Source: an uncultured virus (IMG/VR IMGVR_UViG_3300036836_000008)
Taxonomy: Duplodnaviria; Heunggongvirae; Uroviricota; Caudoviricetes
Reading direction: 5' to 3' (one strand)
DNA: 20,000 bases
Virus record (IMG/VR): IMGVR_UViG_3300036836_000008
A program made the position numbers and the translations under genes. The notes below the pieces were generated by a model. It had not been told where the DNA came from. It saw only the letters and a list, made by a program, of their open reading frames with translations, and searched no databases. Each line of letters opens with the position of its first letter. Position 1 is the stretch's first letter. This document shows, in pieces, positions 17,446 through 20,000 of this stretch.

Positions 17446-17625
17446 TTACTCATAAAAAATTTCTTCAAGCATCAGACGAAAATGATTTTTTCTTCTAAGC
17501 TCTCGGAGTCTAGTAGTTAAATCGTCAACCTTTTCTGATCTCTTATCGGTTGATGCTTTAGCTTTATCTAGCTGTGCTTGAGCAGTATCCAATTCCCTCT
17601 GCTCTTCTCGACTACGATCAGACAT
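17446..17625 (-). CDS. Small coiled-coil protein, 59 aa (below the ORF-track cutoff)
   Basis: Hand translation MSDRSREEQRELDTAQAQLDKAKASTDKRSEKVDDLTTRLRELRRKNHFRLMLEEIFYE. GGGAGGG RBS. Fills the gap between the two membrane genes; the RxxNHF motif recurs in actinophage lysis-linked small proteins. Confidence 0.8.
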   Translation of the reverse strand: MSDRSREEQRELDTAQAQLDKAKASTDKRSEKVDDLTTRLRELRRKNHFRLMLEEIFYE

Positions 17626-17626
17626 T

Positions 17627-18025
17627 TTAGCCCTCCCTACCCGGACGTACTACGTGAGTGGTTCGGACCTGTCGTGTCTCGTCAGAATTACCAAAGCGTG
17701 CACTGTGGACAGCTTCTAGAAGCTTAACAGAAGTTTCTCCTAATTCTGTCACCACATCGAATTGCTTTGTCTGCTCATTCAAAATAGTCAAAGCTTCACC
17801 TGCCTTATCTCGCCATTCCTTCTCTCGTTCTTTGGATTCAGCGATTCTGGCTTCATAGTTTGCCTTCATCTCAGAAATTCTGGCTTCCTGAGACTCATGA
17901 ACTTTCTGCACTGCGGCAGGAGTAAGTAACCAACCCCTAACTAGCGCAATGAAAAGCAACGGCAACGGGCCGATAGTACCGATCCACGGCCCTACTGCAT
18001 CTAATGCACCTTGAATTACCTCCAC
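17627..18025 (-). CDS. Membrane protein with N-terminal TM and coiled coil (holin-like / lysis-associated), about 132 aa; likely start GTG 18025
   Basis: Hydrophobic N-terminus ending ...IALVRGWLLTP, then a charged coiled coil (EREKEWR). AAGGCAGG precedes GTG 18025. Confidence 0.7.
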   Translation of the reverse strand: MEVIQGALDAVGPWIGTIGPLPLLFIALVRGWLLTPAAVQKVHESQEARISEMKANYEARIAESKEREKEWRDKAGEALTILNEQTKQFDVVTELGETSVKLLEAVHSARFGNSDETRQVRTTHVVRPGREG

Positions 18026-18041
18026 CGTTACCTGCCTTATA

Positions 18042-18080
18042 AAGTAAGAGCCGGGAGGCTTTGTAAGCTCCCGGCTACTT
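18042..18080 (-). terminator. Hairpin, intrinsic-terminator- or attenuator-like
   Basis: Perfect 9-bp stem AGCCGGGAG (18049-18057) / CTCCCGGCT (18068-18076), followed on the minus strand by CTTACTTT. Confidence 0.6.
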
Positions 18081-18100
18081 AAAATCACTTACATATTTAG

Positions 18101-18127
18101 TTATCGGCTTGTAACAGTATAAATGTA
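18101..18127 (-). promoter_or_regulatory. Putative sigma-28-like promoter TACA-N15-GCCGATAA
   Basis: Exact GCCGATAA at 18101-18108 with TACA 15 nt upstream; the sigma-28 consensus is TAAA-N15-GCCGATAA. Confidence 0.6.
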
Positions 18128-18135
18128 TCAGTTGT

Positions 18136-19437
18136 TTAGATGACTGCCAATTCATCCCAGCTACGAGCACCACATGCTTTACCTACAAGCATTCCTAACA
18201 TTCCTGGACGAGACCATGCACCAGAAGAATCAAAAAACCACTGTGAAGACTTCTCAGCCTCAAGTGCAGGACAACCGAAGAAGGTTCGTCCCCTATCCTC
18301 AATTACGTTGAAGTGATGGTAGTGAGCAGTAAAGAACAGATCAGTATGTGTCAATTCATCTCGACGGCCTAGAATCTGCCTCTCAAGAGCACTCTTGGAA
18401 CGCATACCGCCTGTAGGCGTACCTGATCCCTTAGATACGTGGCCGTGAGTGAAGTTTGCCTTTACACCAGAAAGCTCAAGATTAACATCTTGGCGATTCT
18501 TAGCGATATGCCAAGTTAGAAATTCCTCGGCCGTAGTGCCTTCGAATACCTTTTTAGCAAGAGATGCAACCATAGTTGATGAGTTGTCATAAATGCTGGT
18601 AAGAGCCTGGTGACCTCCAAAGCGAGTATGCTCGCCGTGGTTGGACGGAACAGAAGATACAGCAATCGGAAGATTCAACGCTAGAAGCTGTCGAATAGAC
18701 CATACTCGCATATCGAAGTCTAGTTCGATCTGAGATGTGTAATCCATTTCAACTTCGTATGGCTGAGATGCATAGTTTCCTACGCAACCCTCGTGCTCAT
18801 CACCCATGAATGCTAGAGCAATATCATTGATTGGTACACCTACAGCAATCAGGTTGCGAATTCTAGCAACATGGCCTTCAATACCTTTAGTCCAGTTACC
18901 TAGAGCATCCTTTGTGCCTGGCTTTCCAAGTTGAGGATCAGCTACAAGCATGAGATATGATGTTCCGTTATCAAACCTTGATCTGTTGTAAAGGCTAAGA
19001 CCGCTGCGCTTAAGGTTTTCGCGCCAGCCAGCAATATCAAGTTTAGACTCAATATCCTCAGACTTAGTAATTTTACGGACCTTAGCAGCATAAGAAAACT
19101 TACGGCCAGTACCAGAGTCCCAAGCCTTCATAGCTACAGGCTCAACAACTTCAAACTGCTCAGGATCTAGACCCCAAATCTGTAGGGTATCTGTCCAGTC
19201 AGTAATAGGCTGCTCTACTGTGCCTGTGTTAATTGTGCCAGAATCACCTACTAAAGTGATGCTTCCATCAGCATCAGGAACATCCTCATTAGGAGTAAAG
19301 TCCCCATTACGAATGGATCGCTGACGGCGCTTAAGGGTCTCAACATTACGTCCAGGGAATGCTGCCATGAAATCTTCTGTAGTCACACAAGCTAGAAGCT
19401 TATCTACGTTACTTTGATTCCATTCAAGATTAGACAA
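18136..19437 (-). CDS. Calcineurin-like / Mre11-type metallophosphoesterase (putative nuclease) with N-terminal HTH-like extension; likely start TTG 19437 (alternative GTG 19467)
   Basis: Five ordered metallophosphoesterase motifs: VADPQLG, MGDEHEG, SNHGE, THGH, AHYHH. AAGGA lies 8 nt before TTG 19437. Confidence 0.82.
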   Translation of the reverse strand: MSNLEWNQSNVDKLLACVTTEDFMAAFPGRNVETLKRRQRSIRNGDFTPNEDVPDADGSITLVGDSGTINTGTVEQPITDWTDTLQIWGLDPEQFEVVEPVAMKAWDSGTGRKFSYAAKVRKITKSEDIESKLDIAGWRENLKRSGLSLYNRSRFDNGTSYLMLVADPQLGKPGTKDALGNWTKGIEGHVARIRNLIAVGVPINDIALAFMGDEHEGCVGNYASQPYEVEMDYTSQIELDFDMRVWSIRQLLALNLPIAVSSVPSNHGEHTRFGGHQALTSIYDNSSTMVASLAKKVFEGTTAEEFLTWHIAKNRQDVNLELSGVKANFTHGHVSKGSGTPTGGMRSKSALERQILGRRDELTHTDLFFTAHYHHFNVIEDRGRTFFGCPALEAEKSSQWFFDSSGAWSRPGMLGMLVGKACGARSWDELAVI

Positions 19438-19487
19438 AATAGTTTTCCTTAGTATTTGGGCTGACACTTTTAGTCAGCGGAGGGAAT

Positions 19488-19496
19488 ATCATAGCA
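19488..19496 (-). promoter_or_regulatory. Putative housekeeping-sigma extended -10 promoter TGC-TATGAT
   Basis: Minus strand GTGCTATGAT, downstream of the capsid terminator and upstream of the phosphoesterase. The -35 match is poor (TAGATC at 17 nt). Confidence 0.5.
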
Positions 19497-19551
19497 CGAC
19501 CTAGCTTCCCGATCTAGGCACTGATTTACAGTGGGTGCATACTACCATGAT

Positions 19552-19592
19552 ACAACAAAAGGAGCCCTAGCGCAATGCCAAGGCCCCTTTTG
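19552..19592 (-). terminator. Intrinsic terminator after the major capsid gene
   Basis: Minus-strand RNA CAAAAGGGGCCUUGGC-AUUGC-GCUAGGGCUCCUUUUG-UUG forms a 16-bp stem including G:U pairs that form only on this strand, plus a U-tract; about 20 nt after the capsid stop. Confidence 0.88.
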
Positions 19593-19612
19593 AGGAGTTT
19601 TACCTGCTCAGG

Positions 19613-20000
19613 TCAGGACACATCCGCCACCACGAATTGCTCCGGACGAGTTACAATTGGTAGGAAGTTGTACTCGATAAGAACCTGGCGACCTGATGGG
19701 TCAGGCTCGGTCCAGCTCTTTGAGTAACGACCAATGAAGTTCTGAGGTGCTGAGAAGTCAGCAGTTGGACCCTCTAGCAACTCTACAGGACGGTTTAGAT
19801 CAAAGTTACCAAAGATAACAGTGTCATCTGCTAGGTAACCGATTTCATCGCCTGCGTCAGTTTCATATACGTGCTCTACTGGAGTCCAGTTAAGACCTAG
19901 GAAACCAGGAATAGTTCCTGTGGTGTAGTACTGGTCACGCATACGGTCAGATAGAAGGTTGCCTGGATCTGAACCGTTTGCCAAGAATGCACGAACAATA
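19613..20000 (-). CDS. Major capsid protein, C-terminal part (lambda gpE-like / HK97 fold); 5' end lies outside the window
   Basis: The frame is open to the window edge. C-terminus YSKSWTEPDPSGRQVLIEYNFLPIVTRPEQFVVADV matches the capsid-E family pattern; followed by a strong terminator. Confidence 0.85.
   Translation of the reverse strand, partial: IVRAFLANGSDPGNLLSDRMRDQYYTTGTIPGFLGLNWTPVEHVYETDAGDEIGYLADDTVIFGNFDLNRPVELLEGPTADFSAPQNFIGRYSKSWTEPDPSGRQVLIEYNFLPIVTRPEQFVVADVS

Noticed and set aside
9449..17551. Intragenic CCGAT matches (about 9450-9457 in the tape measure, about 17543-17550 in the 59-aa gene)
   Set aside because: Inside coding sequence and within chance expectation for a short motif. 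The 17543 copy (ACCGATAA) could be an internal promoter for the 3-TM gene but has no other support.
687..17858. All plus-strand ORFs in the track (e.g. 1507-1992, 2611-2946, 12074-12421, 15635-15949)
   Set aside because: They lie antisense within well-supported minus-strand genes, mostly as codon-register shadows, and have no recognisable motifs.
18026..18088. N-terminal extension of the 17627-18088 ORF
   Set aside because: It runs through the hairpin and has no RBS; GTG 18025 has an SD-like AAGGCAGG.
1..20000. CRISPR arrays, tRNA/rRNA genes, IS elements, introns/inteins, DGR template or variable repeats, invertible tail-fibre cassettes
   Set aside because: By eye I found no spaced direct repeats, cloverleafs, transposase, reverse transcriptase, recombinase or homing-nuclease motifs, or long duplicated segments. 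Intergenic gaps are all under 200 nt.

Overview
The window is the late morphogenesis module of a long-tailed dsDNA phage (siphovirus), most likely an actinophage, with unusually AT-rich DNA (roughly low-40s % GC by eye, not computed). All credible genes are on the minus strand. In transcription order: 3' end of a lambda-gpE-like major capsid gene, intrinsic terminator, a separately promoted Mre11/calcineurin-like metallophosphoesterase, a membrane/holin-like triad with no adjacent endolysin, an acidic protein, four head-tail joining genes, a GT-B glycosyltransferase plus a Com-like zinc-ribbon gene, major tail tube, tail assembly chaperones joined by a -1 frameshift (G GGA AAA), a tape measure with a C-terminal M15-like peptidase domain, distal tail protein, two minor tail proteins and the start of a tail fibre. 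Two observations stand out. A glycosyltransferase/Zn-ribbon cassette sits between the tail terminator and tail tube (candidate virion glycosylation). An intergenic motif RCCGATRW, resembling the sigma-28/WhiG -10 box GCCGATAA, recurs four times upstream of late genes. All family assignments come from motif recognition and synteny; no database searches were run.
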